From positions 97,731 to 145,513 of the IMG/VR virus record IMGVR_UViG_2922289487_000003: 47,783 nucleotides of DNA; one strand, 5' to 3'. Both the position numbers and the translations under genes were made by a program. Positions 1-6,412 of the stretch are shown piece by piece. The notes under the pieces were generated by a model. That model was not told the DNA's origin and ran no database searches. It was given only the letters and a program-made list of their open reading frames with translations. The stretch comes from a virus (Duplodnaviria; Heunggongvirae; Uroviricota; Caudoviricetes). Each line of letters opens with the position of its first letter. The stretch's first letter is position 1.

Positions 1-589
1 GCAGCGGCAGACCCGTTGTGATGCTGTTTGGCACATAGTCATCCGACGCCTCATATTCACGCGCCCTGTAGCGTTCTCCGGACTCGCTGAAGTAGTCATA
101 GATGCCGGTGGCTTCGTTCGAGCCGATTTGCTGGACTTTGGCCATAATCGCCATTGCGCCCTGAAAATCGCCCTTCTCTTTCATCTCAGCCGCTTTGATC
201 AGCGCATCATCGAACGCGACGCTCTTCGCGAATGTGGCGACCTGGTCAACCATGTATGCCGTGTCAGACAGCTTCTCCGCGAGAATACGCTTGAATGCCT
301 CTACGACATCCGGGAACAGCTCTTCGCGTACCGTCTTATCGCGCTTCGCTCGCTTGAGCATATCCAGAATGGCCGATGAAGACGGTGCGCTCTTATACAT
401 TCGGTAGTAGCCTGACACCATGTTCACCAGAATGGCGTTGGCGGCATTGGAGAACTGATTCGGTGCAACCAGATCACCGGCGCGGGTCAGAAACTCGTGA
501 TCGCGACAGAAATAGGCGGCGAGTCGGTTCTGAAAGTCGTCGTCGAACTCTTCAGACAACCCTCGTCCTGTGTGGCAAAGTTCGGTCAT
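1..589 (-). CDS. Replicative DNA helicase (DnaB-like), N-terminal part; runs off the window start
   Basis: Missing from the ORF track because it is open at the edge. Manual translation from ATG at 589: MTELCHTGRGLSEEFDDDFQNRLAAYFCRD...YVPNSITTGLPL, 196 codons with no stop. Helical N-domain ending in the 'ITTG.P.L' that precedes the DnaB RecA core. RBS AAGGAAAG and a 17-bp operator upstream. Confidence 0.6.
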   Translation of the reverse strand, partial: MTELCHTGRGLSEEFDDDFQNRLAAYFCRDHEFLTRAGDLVAPNQFSNAANAILVNMVSGYYRMYKSAPSSSAILDMLKRAKRDKTVREELFPDVVEAFKRILAEKLSDTAYMVDQVATFAKSVAFDDALIKAAEMKEKGDFQGAMAIMAKVQQIGSNEATGIYDYFSESGERYRAREYEASDDYVPNSITTGLPL

Positions 590-607
590 GTGCTTTCCTT
601 TGGTGCT

Positions 608-624
608 TAAACAATTTGTTTTCT
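608..624. promoter_or_regulatory. 17-bp operator copy (TAAACAATTTGTTTTCT) upstream of the helicase gene
   Basis: Palindromic core AAACAA-N-TTGTTT recurring 9 times in intergenic positions of the window. Confidence 0.7.
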
Positions 625-649
625 AATGCTAAAAAATCCAACCAGGGGA

Positions 650-1375
650 TCAACAGAATCGCCGTGCTTCTTCCAGTTCTTCCGGGAAGTGGGCATAGAT
701 GACACGCTCAGGCACGATTTCCATCAACCAGATAGCTGAGAAAATGATACGGATGCGCTTTTCTCGGGTGATGCCACGCAGACGCTCCAGAATCCACTCA
801 AAATAGCGTTCCTGTATCGGGTCGTGTTGCATGTCTCCCATATGCTTAAAACTCACCAGAGAGTCATCCAGACGGGTTGTCGCACGCTTAGATAACTTCT
901 CTTCAAATATCTCTATCAGTTCTGGCTGCCACAGGTGTTGCGGACGTGGCAATTTGTCCCACAAGCGCCGTGCAGCTGCGGAGAGAACGGTTGAAATGAA
1001 GTAGTCATATGAGCAGCAGTAGTGATCGGCAAACTGGCGAGCTTTCCAGAGAGACGTCTTATTGGCCGTCGACAGTTCCTGATATGGCAGACGTTTAAGA
1101 CCGGTGGTGAATGGCGCTGTTTCGAAGTGTTCGCGGCCGTGCGACAGCATGATGTAGGAGTACTGGCGTTTGTACGCTTCGGTGAAGAGACAGGTGGCCA
1201 TCAGCGGATGCATATCGCGATAATCAAACCACTTGGTCTCGAACAGTTCTGCCTCATCCTTGCAGCGAGAAAGACCGATGTTCTCGGCAACCCACTTATC
1301 CATAACGGTGGTGTCCCACTCGGTCATGAAGTCGTACTGGTCGTTGTTGATGGTGTTAAAGAAGATCTGGCTCAT
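650..1375 (-). CDS. Phage-plasmid hypothetical protein (241 aa) upstream of the helicase; possible helicase loader or regulator
   Basis: Long ORF with backbone-like codon usage, same strand as and directly upstream of the helicase; function is inference only. Confidence 0.75.
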   Translation of the reverse strand: MSQIFFNTINNDQYDFMTEWDTTVMDKWVAENIGLSRCKDEAELFETKWFDYRDMHPLMATCLFTEAYKRQYSYIMLSHGREHFETAPFTTGLKRLPYQELSTANKTSLWKARQFADHYCCSYDYFISTVLSAAARRLWDKLPRPQHLWQPELIEIFEEKLSKRATTRLDDSLVSFKHMGDMQHDPIQERYFEWILERLRGITREKRIRIIFSAIWLMEIVPERVIYAHFPEELEEARRFC

Positions 1376-1388
1376 GTGCTTCGCATTG

Positions 1389-1408
1389 GTAGGTAGTTAC
1401 TTACTTAT
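1389..1408. promoter_or_regulatory. 20-bp palindromic motif copy (GTAGGTAGTTACTTACTTAT)
   Basis: Matches consensus ATARGTAAGT-ACTTACYTAT found 9 times upstream of minus-strand genes. Confidence 0.7.
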
Positions 1409-1494
1409 CAAAGTGAGCAAATCATAGCGACTGGAGACAGCTTTTGGAAGTGGAAACAGAAGGGATTTGGTCTGGGATGTTGGCTATGACAAGA

Positions 1495-1560
1495 CCTACT
1501 TCTGTATATATATAAATACTAAGTTACTTAATAAGTATATACAGAAGCAGGTTCTGAAAG
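1495..1560. repeat. ~65-bp palindromic element, copy A (16-bp arms, AT-rich spacer with TAAGTTACTTA core)
   Basis: Arms CCTACTTCTGTATATA (1495-1510) and TATATACAGAAGCAGG (1536-1551), 15/16 complementary; homologous to the reverse complement of 29961-30024. Confidence 0.85.
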
Positions 1561-1624
1561 GAGGCATCTAATCTAAGTGGCTACCCGAAAACTGCATTAG
1601 AAAAGGACATAAACTTATAATAAG

Positions 1625-2035
1625 TCACTTCTCAATGACTCTCTTTTCTACTTCTTGTACCTGTTTTTCAGAAAGCTTAGAGATATGATCATTAAGAAGT
1701 TGGATAATCAGTAATCTCTTTTGTTCTGGTGACAAATCTTGCCTTTTATCTATGAGCCTTAGTGTATTGCCAAACTTTTCACTTATTGCATCACCTTTGT
1801 AAGCCTCGGCAACAGTTTTTACATTCATACCCAGAACACCCAATACAAAACAACCGACTTCATACACCCAATCAACAACAAAACCTTTTATTTGCATTAA
1901 CGGAGTAAAAATATGAAGAATACACCAAAACAATGCCCCTATAAGAAATCCAAGTGCAGTTCTTAGCGGATAGCCCAGAAAAAGAATATTCATAATCTGG
2001 CTAAGTATTTTACTGGTAAGGTCCTTATCTAACAT
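1625..2035 (-). CDS. Hypothetical membrane protein (136 aa, about 2 TM), AT-rich accessory gene
   Basis: Hydrophobic stretches (ALGFLIGALFWCILHIF; VGCFVLGVLGM); overlaps the upstream gene. Confidence 0.7.
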   Translation of the reverse strand: MLDKDLTSKILSQIMNILFLGYPLRTALGFLIGALFWCILHIFTPLMQIKGFVVDWVYEVGCFVLGVLGMNVKTVAEAYKGDAISEKFGNTLRLIDKRQDLSPEQKRLLIIQLLNDHISKLSEKQVQEVEKRVIEK

Positions 2036-2669
2036 CTACAGCCCCCTTACCATAATCCACCTCTAAGTTATCTTCTAACACAGGATCATTCAGGATCTTA
2101 CGACCTCGACCGCTTCCCCCATCATCGATCATATCGATATTAGCTTCGATAAACTTAAGTAACTGAATGGCCTCGGTACTATTGTTCCCAAAAAAACCTT
2201 TGTCTATTCTAAATGCCACAATGTGTTCTTTAATTCCCATTGCAGCAAAGAGGCCAATACCAATGACAGTGACGATCGGACTATAGTCGAGGAAGAAACT
2301 TAAAATGACACCACCGAAAATAATAGCTAATGACAGAAACTTGACCTTAATAAAGGTTTTTTTTTCATTCAACAGATATAGTTCGACGATTGTTTTTCTC
2401 TTTAAAAGCTCCCTTTCTTTCTTGGCATTTTCATTTAACTTCTCTTTGTACTCCTGAATTTTTAATCTGTACTCTTCGGATTGTATATATTTGACCGTTC
2501 CACGGTAGAAGGTACTACAGATCATCCCCGCAATTGCGCCGAGACTCGATACAATTAGGCTATTGGAAATCCCCAGAAATCCAATAACCTTGCCAAATAG
2601 TACGGCAGCAATCACTGCCAGAGACAGGCCAAGGAACCAGATTAAGAACTTCTTCAGGAGTTTTTTCAT
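2025..2669 (-). CDS. Hypothetical membrane protein (214 aa, about 4 TM), AT-rich accessory gene
   Basis: 2 TM + charged coiled segment + 2 TM + soluble tail; starts 1 nt after the partition gene stop. Confidence 0.75.
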   Translation of the reverse strand: MKKLLKKFLIWFLGLSLAVIAAVLFGKVIGFLGISNSLIVSSLGAIAGMICSTFYRGTVKYIQSEEYRLKIQEYKEKLNENAKKERELLKRKTIVELYLLNEKKTFIKVKFLSLAIIFGGVILSFFLDYSPIVTVIGIGLFAAMGIKEHIVAFRIDKGFFGNNSTEAIQLLKFIEANIDMIDDGGSGRGRKILNDPVLEDNLEVDYGKGAVDVR

Positions 2670-2670
2670 G

Positions 2671-3030
2671 TCAGCCTTTCTTCATCAGCTCGCGCTTGAT
2701 TTCGTCTGTGCGCATCGTGACGTCGGCAGCGGTAATCGCCTCGTTCAGCTTCACGATGTCCTCGATCTCTGACGGGGATTTCTGAGCCAGATGGAAAATC
2801 GCAGCACGAATCACGTCAGAACGGGTGAACTTCTCGAAGCGAGGGATGAACTTCATCATCTCCAGCAGATCGAAGTACTCGTCTTCAAGAGACATCGTTC
2901 GGCTCTTAATCTTTTCTTTACCACGAGTCGGGCGGCCCTGTGGTCTGACTGGCTGGCGCATTGGTGTACTGCTTTTAGCCGGTGCATCTGGCTCTTTGCG
3001 CTTGGCAAGGTCTCCCATTTTCATGGACAT
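2671..3030 (-). CDS. Partition centromere-binding protein, ribbon-helix-helix (ParG-like) type
   Basis: 119 aa, coupled to parA; flexible basic N-tail then strand-helix-helix pattern (KSRTMSLEDEYFDLL...TRSDVIRAAI). Confidence 0.65.
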   Translation of the reverse strand: MSMKMGDLAKRKEPDAPAKSSTPMRQPVRPQGRPTRGKEKIKSRTMSLEDEYFDLLEMMKFIPRFEKFTRSDVIRAAIFHLAQKSPSEIEDIVKLNEAITAADVTMRTDEIKRELMKKG

Positions 3031-3695
3031 TAGTTTTCCTCCAGACTCAAGATGTAATCTACTAACTCTTCAAACTCGGCTTCCGCTTTCTTGTCGCGTT
3101 CTGCGCCGGTCATTTCAAAGATAGAACGCCCTGCCTCTTCTGCGTCGTCATACACGTTGCGGTTATACAGGTTAACCGGTGCGGCCTCGATGCCGAATGT
3201 TTCAACAATCTCTTTAGCGGCCAGAATACGCGACACCTGTGAAGGCAGCGAAGGACACTGGTTGATAACCGCGCGAATCTTCACTTTCTCGTTCACGTTG
3301 CGAACGTTGTCGATAATCGGGTCGATATCTCGCAGAGATTTCAAATCACGACGCTTAGGACGTAGCGGGATAATGATGACGTCAGCTAACAGCATAGCTT
3401 GTCGCTGGATTTCGGAGTCGAAGCCACCCGCATCAATGACCACGTAGTCGTAGCGCCCCTCCAGCGATCTGATGTGCTTAATGATGTCATCCTGGACATA
3501 AGCAAACGGGATCAACTCAAGTTCTTCATTCTGACGACGGTCTTCACACCAGCTCGTTGTGGTGCGCTGGATGTCGATGTCGGTTACTTGGGTTTTCTTT
3601 TTCTTTTTAACTTTAAGGCAGACTGCAATTTGCTGGGCAACCGTAGATTTGCCTGGGCCGCCCTTCGTGCCGCCAACCACAATGATCTGAGTCAT
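3030..3695 (-). CDS. parA: ParA/ParF-type Walker-box partition ATPase (type Ib, no N-terminal HTH)
   Basis: Deviant Walker A KGGPGKST at the N-terminus, DIDIQ, YDYVVIDAGG, ADVIIIP. Confidence 0.92.
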   Translation of the reverse strand: MTQIIVVGGTKGGPGKSTVAQQIAVCLKVKKKKKTQVTDIDIQRTTTSWCEDRRQNEELELIPFAYVQDDIIKHIRSLEGRYDYVVIDAGGFDSEIQRQAMLLADVIIIPLRPKRRDLKSLRDIDPIIDNVRNVNEKVKIRAVINQCPSLPSQVSRILAAKEIVETFGIEAAPVNLYNRNVYDDAEEAGRSIFEMTGAERDKKAEAEFEELVDYILSLEEN

Positions 3696-3729
3696 TGGTG
3701 AGTTCCCTTTGCGTGAATTATTGTCGTAT

Positions 3730-3746
3730 GAAACAACTTGTTTTCT
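3730..3746. promoter_or_regulatory. 17-bp operator copy upstream of parA (GAAACAACTTGTTTTCT)
   Basis: Same palindromic core as the other copies. Confidence 0.7.
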
Positions 3747-3866
3747 TATATGCGATATAGCCTAAATGCCTACGGCTGCGGTGTAAAGGTGAAATGATAG
3801 GCAGTACGGGTGTTGGCTCACAGGACAAACAATCAGTTGAAAGTTTGTTCGATTGGCTTTATAGTT

Positions 3867-3891
3867 CTTGTACGGAAAGATGCCGTACAAG
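3867..3891. promoter_or_regulatory. TA operator inverted repeat CTTGTACGG-N7-CCGTACAAG
   Basis: Perfect 9-bp arms; TGTACGG..CCGTACA matches the operator I recall for kacAT-type modules. Confidence 0.7.
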
Positions 3892-3922
3892 ATGTGGCGT
3901 AATCCGTCTACAAAACTAAATG

Positions 3923-4012
3923 CGAAAAACTGAAAATCGAAAAACTGAAAATCGAAAAACTGAAAACTGAAAACTGAAAACTGAAAACTGAAAACTGAAA
4001 ACTGAAAAATCG
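3923..4012 (+). repeat. Tandem heptamer array (AAAACTG, 9 copies, 7 contiguous at 3956-4004, plus two 15-mer units); candidate centromere or VNTR
   Basis: Directly visible in the sequence, between parA and the antitoxin gene. Confidence 0.9.
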
Positions 4013-4060
4013 ACTATAGAGATGCCTCGCGAGTCAAGGCGTGGGGCTAGGAGTACAAGC

Positions 4061-4330
4061 ATGTCAGCACTGAAAAAACAGCGCATCGATCTCAGATTAA
4101 CCGACGACGACAAGAGCATGATCGAAGAAGCTGCGGCAATGACCAACCAGACAATTACTCAGTTTATGGTTGCCAGTGCCTCTGAACGTGCTGCGGAAGT
4201 GATAGAGCAACATCGTCGCCTGATTCTTAGCGAAGAGTCATGGAATATAGTGATGGATGCCATCAGTAACCCGCCTGCACCGAATGATAGGCTGAAACGA
4301 GCTGCCGAGCGTCTACAAAGCATGGAGTAA
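4061..4330 (+). CDS. ataR: DUF1778 RHH antitoxin (AtaR/KacA/TacA family)
   Basis: MSALKKQRIDLRLTDDDKSMIEEAAA... closely matches AtaR/KacA; RBS AGGAG before ATG 4061. Confidence 0.92.
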   Translation: MSALKKQRIDLRLTDDDKSMIEEAAAMTNQTITQFMVASASERAAEVIEQHRRLILSEESWNIVMDAISNPPAPNDRLKRAAERLQSME

Positions 4331-4333
4331 GAC

Positions 4334-4858
4334 GTGGCCAACCTGACCATTGAGATGTTTTCAGAAGAGGCTGTATATGATTTCTCATGCTTCGACTGCG
4401 GAGAAACGTCTCTCAATGATTTTCTTAACAATCGCCTCGCTCAGCAACACAGTGGGCGTATATTACGCGGATATCTGCTTCTGACGAGAGATCCGATACC
4501 GAAAGTGATGGGGTTTTACACGTTGTCCGGGAGCTGCTTCGCAAGAAACACGCTTCCTTCCAACACTCAACAGCGTAAAGTCCCCTATTCCGACGCCCCA
4601 AGCGTTACGCTCGGTCGTCTGGCAATAGACAAAAGTATCCAGCGACAAGGGTATGGGGAAACGCTGGTGGCACATGCGATGAAAGTGGTATACCGGGCTT
4701 CCCTGGCCGTTGGGATCTACGCTTTATTTGTTGACGCCAAAAATGAGAATGCGATGCGGTTTTATAAGCAGTTAGGCTTTACCCCTCTTACGGGTGATAA
4801 CGCCAATTCGCTGTTCTATCCCACAAAAGGCATTGAGAAGTTGTTTGGTGGAAAATAA
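4334..4858 (+). CDS. ataT: GNAT aminoacyl-tRNA acetyltransferase toxin (AtaT/KacT family)
   Basis: FDCGE..LN.FL, GFYTLS, TLGRLAIDKSIQRQGYG (acetyl-CoA motif), FYKQLGF; follows the DUF1778 gene. Confidence 0.92.
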   Translation: MANLTIEMFSEEAVYDFSCFDCGETSLNDFLNNRLAQQHSGRILRGYLLLTRDPIPKVMGFYTLSGSCFARNTLPSNTQQRKVPYSDAPSVTLGRLAIDKSIQRQGYGETLVAHAMKVVYRASLAVGIYALFVDAKNENAMRFYKQLGFTPLTGDNANSLFYPTKGIEKLFGGK

Positions 4859-4885
4859 AGAAGCCCCTCGATTGAGGGGCTTTTT
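4857..4885. terminator. Bidirectional intrinsic terminator between the TA operon and the lysis cassette
   Basis: AAAGAAGCCCCTC-GATT-GAGGGGCTTTTT. Confidence 0.85.
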
Positions 4886-5110
4886 CTAACTCGCTGCTTG
4901 TCCGGGCTGCCAGTTGCATAACCGCTCTCCCATCGTGTTGTGGAAGAGGATCTCGCGTTCGGTCTCTTCGGTCATGAAATCATCATTACTGACGTAAATT
5001 GGATTAGCACCGTCGCAAAACAACACGCCTGGTGTCTGGGTTTTAATCACGCAGCCACTTATCATGCAGCTCGCGATGAACAGCAGAAGCATCTTTCCGC
5101 CGCACTTCAT
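4886..5110 (-). CDS. o-spanin lipoprotein (Rz1-like)
   Basis: MKCGGKMLLLFIASCMISG-C lipobox, Cys-containing short mature part, overlaps the 3' end of the i-spanin; exact start uncertain. Confidence 0.75.
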   Translation of the reverse strand: MKCGGKMLLLFIASCMISGCVIKTQTPGVLFCDGANPIYVSNDDFMTEETEREILFHNTMGERLCNWQPGQAAS

Positions 5111-5294
5111 TAAGTGTCTCATTTTTGACGTCCACTGTGCTTTGAAGCCTTTTCCTGTCCTCCTGTCTGGCCTTCTCTTCGATCGCTTGCCGGGCCGCAC
5201 GACCTCCCATCGTATAAGCACCGACAAGCACGAAAAGAACGGCAGCCAGAGTCATCAGAGCGATTTTTAGCTTCGAAAACAGGCTGCCGACCAT
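5043..5294 (-). CDS. i-spanin (Rz-like)
   Basis: N-terminal TM (IALMTLAAVLFVLVGAY) then coiled coil; ATG at 5294 directly after the endolysin stop. Confidence 0.75.
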   Translation of the reverse strand: MVGSLFSKLKIALMTLAAVLFVLVGAYTMGGRAARQAIEEKARQEDRKRLQSTVDVKNETLNEVRRKDASAVHRELHDKWLRD

Positions 5295-5295
5295 A

Positions 5296-5988
5296 TCAGA
5301 CCATCCCGCTTTGGTGTTTGCGAACCTGCGACCATGCAATGAAGCCGGCCACCACGATAGTTGCAATGCCAAATATGATACGCACCGTATCACCACTGGT
5401 GATATGACCCTGTGCCTTATCCATTGCAGCAGACACCTGCGGCAATACGTCGGCCAGTTGCGCCAGACCAATCCCCGCGGTTACCGTTGCACCAGCGGTC
5501 TCTTTCGTTACAGGAACCGCTTTAACGGCTTTAACCGGCTTAACCACACCAGCGCGGCGCAGACCTTCCTCAATGACATCGGAGGCATACCAGGTATTCA
5601 GCGTCTTGAGTGGGCCTCGCCCGTTCTCATGCCGGATGATAGCTTCCACCAATGGTCGGAGAATGTTGTAGTCATGCAGATCGATAATCATATCTGGCGT
5701 GACACCAACGGCTTTGGCCACCTGATTCACGTAAGCGGACGTATTATTTTCATGTGGCGGCGCCCAGCGCTCGATGACTTCGCGGATGGTATCAATACTG
5801 GAGCCATCCTTAGCGCGGCGCTTATCGTGGTAGGTAATGAGCGTGACTGCTAATGCCCGAATCCCCCAAACAGGATCTTTGAACGTACAGAAACGCGGTT
5901 CAGCAGGGTTATTCACTAAGCCCTGCCACGGCGAGCCTTTATCAAGGTTGCCGGGGTTGTTGTTGCGAATACCTCGCGGAGTGTTCAT
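5296..5988 (-). CDS. Putative endolysin (RGIRNNNPGN lysozyme-like family) with C-terminal hydrophobic segments
   Basis: RGIRNNNPGNL...RWAPPHENNTSAYV signature; lies between a holin-like gene and the spanins. Confidence 0.7.
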   Translation of the reverse strand: MNTPRGIRNNNPGNLDKGSPWQGLVNNPAEPRFCTFKDPVWGIRALAVTLITYHDKRRAKDGSSIDTIREVIERWAPPHENNTSAYVNQVAKAVGVTPDMIIDLHDYNILRPLVEAIIRHENGRGPLKTLNTWYASDVIEEGLRRAGVVKPVKAVKAVPVTKETAGATVTAGIGLAQLADVLPQVSAAMDKAQGHITSGDTVRIIFGIATIVVAGFIAWSQVRKHQSGMV

Positions 5989-6002
5989 CCTTGATCTCCT
6001 TT

Positions 6003-6338
6003 TTACTGCAATCCATTTCTAACACCGTAAGCGGCCAGACCCAGAAGCAGTGCGGTAATCAGGAACGACGTTATCTTTGAGACGATGCCGCCAAAGAACC
6101 CACTGGAAATGGAATCTAGCCGGTTAAGAAGTTTGTCCAGGTTGGAGTGCTGTATGCTGTGTTGCGACGGCGTCATATCGCCAAAATAGGTTTTAAGCTG
6201 GTCATTGACCTCCTGGCCGATTTCATCACGCAGTTCCTTGCCTAACTTGCCGACGACTTCACGCGCAACGATTGCGGCAATGCGCTCAACCTGCTCCGGC
6301 GTTACGCCTGCCATCTCGTTCGACATTATTTCCTCCAT
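6003..6338 (-). CDS. Putative holin or antiholin (C-terminal TM)
   Basis: 111 aa with hydrophobic C-terminus; first gene of the lysis cassette. Confidence 0.5.
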   Translation of the reverse strand: MEEIMSNEMAGVTPEQVERIAAIVAREVVGKLGKELRDEIGQEVNDQLKTYFGDMTPSQHSIQHSNLDKLLNRLDSISSGFFGGIVSKITSFLITALLLGLAAYGVRNGLQ

Positions 6339-6388
6339 GAATAGTCAAATCGGGATGGCAGATTTATAACACAAAATCACTTAATTTT

Positions 6389-6408
6389 ATAGGTAAGTAC
6401 ACACCTAT
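6389..6408. promoter_or_regulatory. 20-bp palindromic motif copy upstream of the lysis cassette
   Basis: ATAGGTAAGTACACACCTAT. Confidence 0.7.
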
Positions 6409-6412
6409 CACA

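Noticed and set aside
1495-1560. Palindromes (also 29961-30024) as N15-type telomere resolution sites
   Set aside because: The centres are not perfect palindromes and no protelomerase gene is visible; cannot be fully excluded without the rest of the replicon.
3916-4146. ORF with FSVFSFQ repeats, and the heptamer array as a possible CRISPR
   Set aside because: The ORF is the antisense translation of the AAAACTG array. The repeats are 7 bp, contiguous and have no spacers or cas genes.
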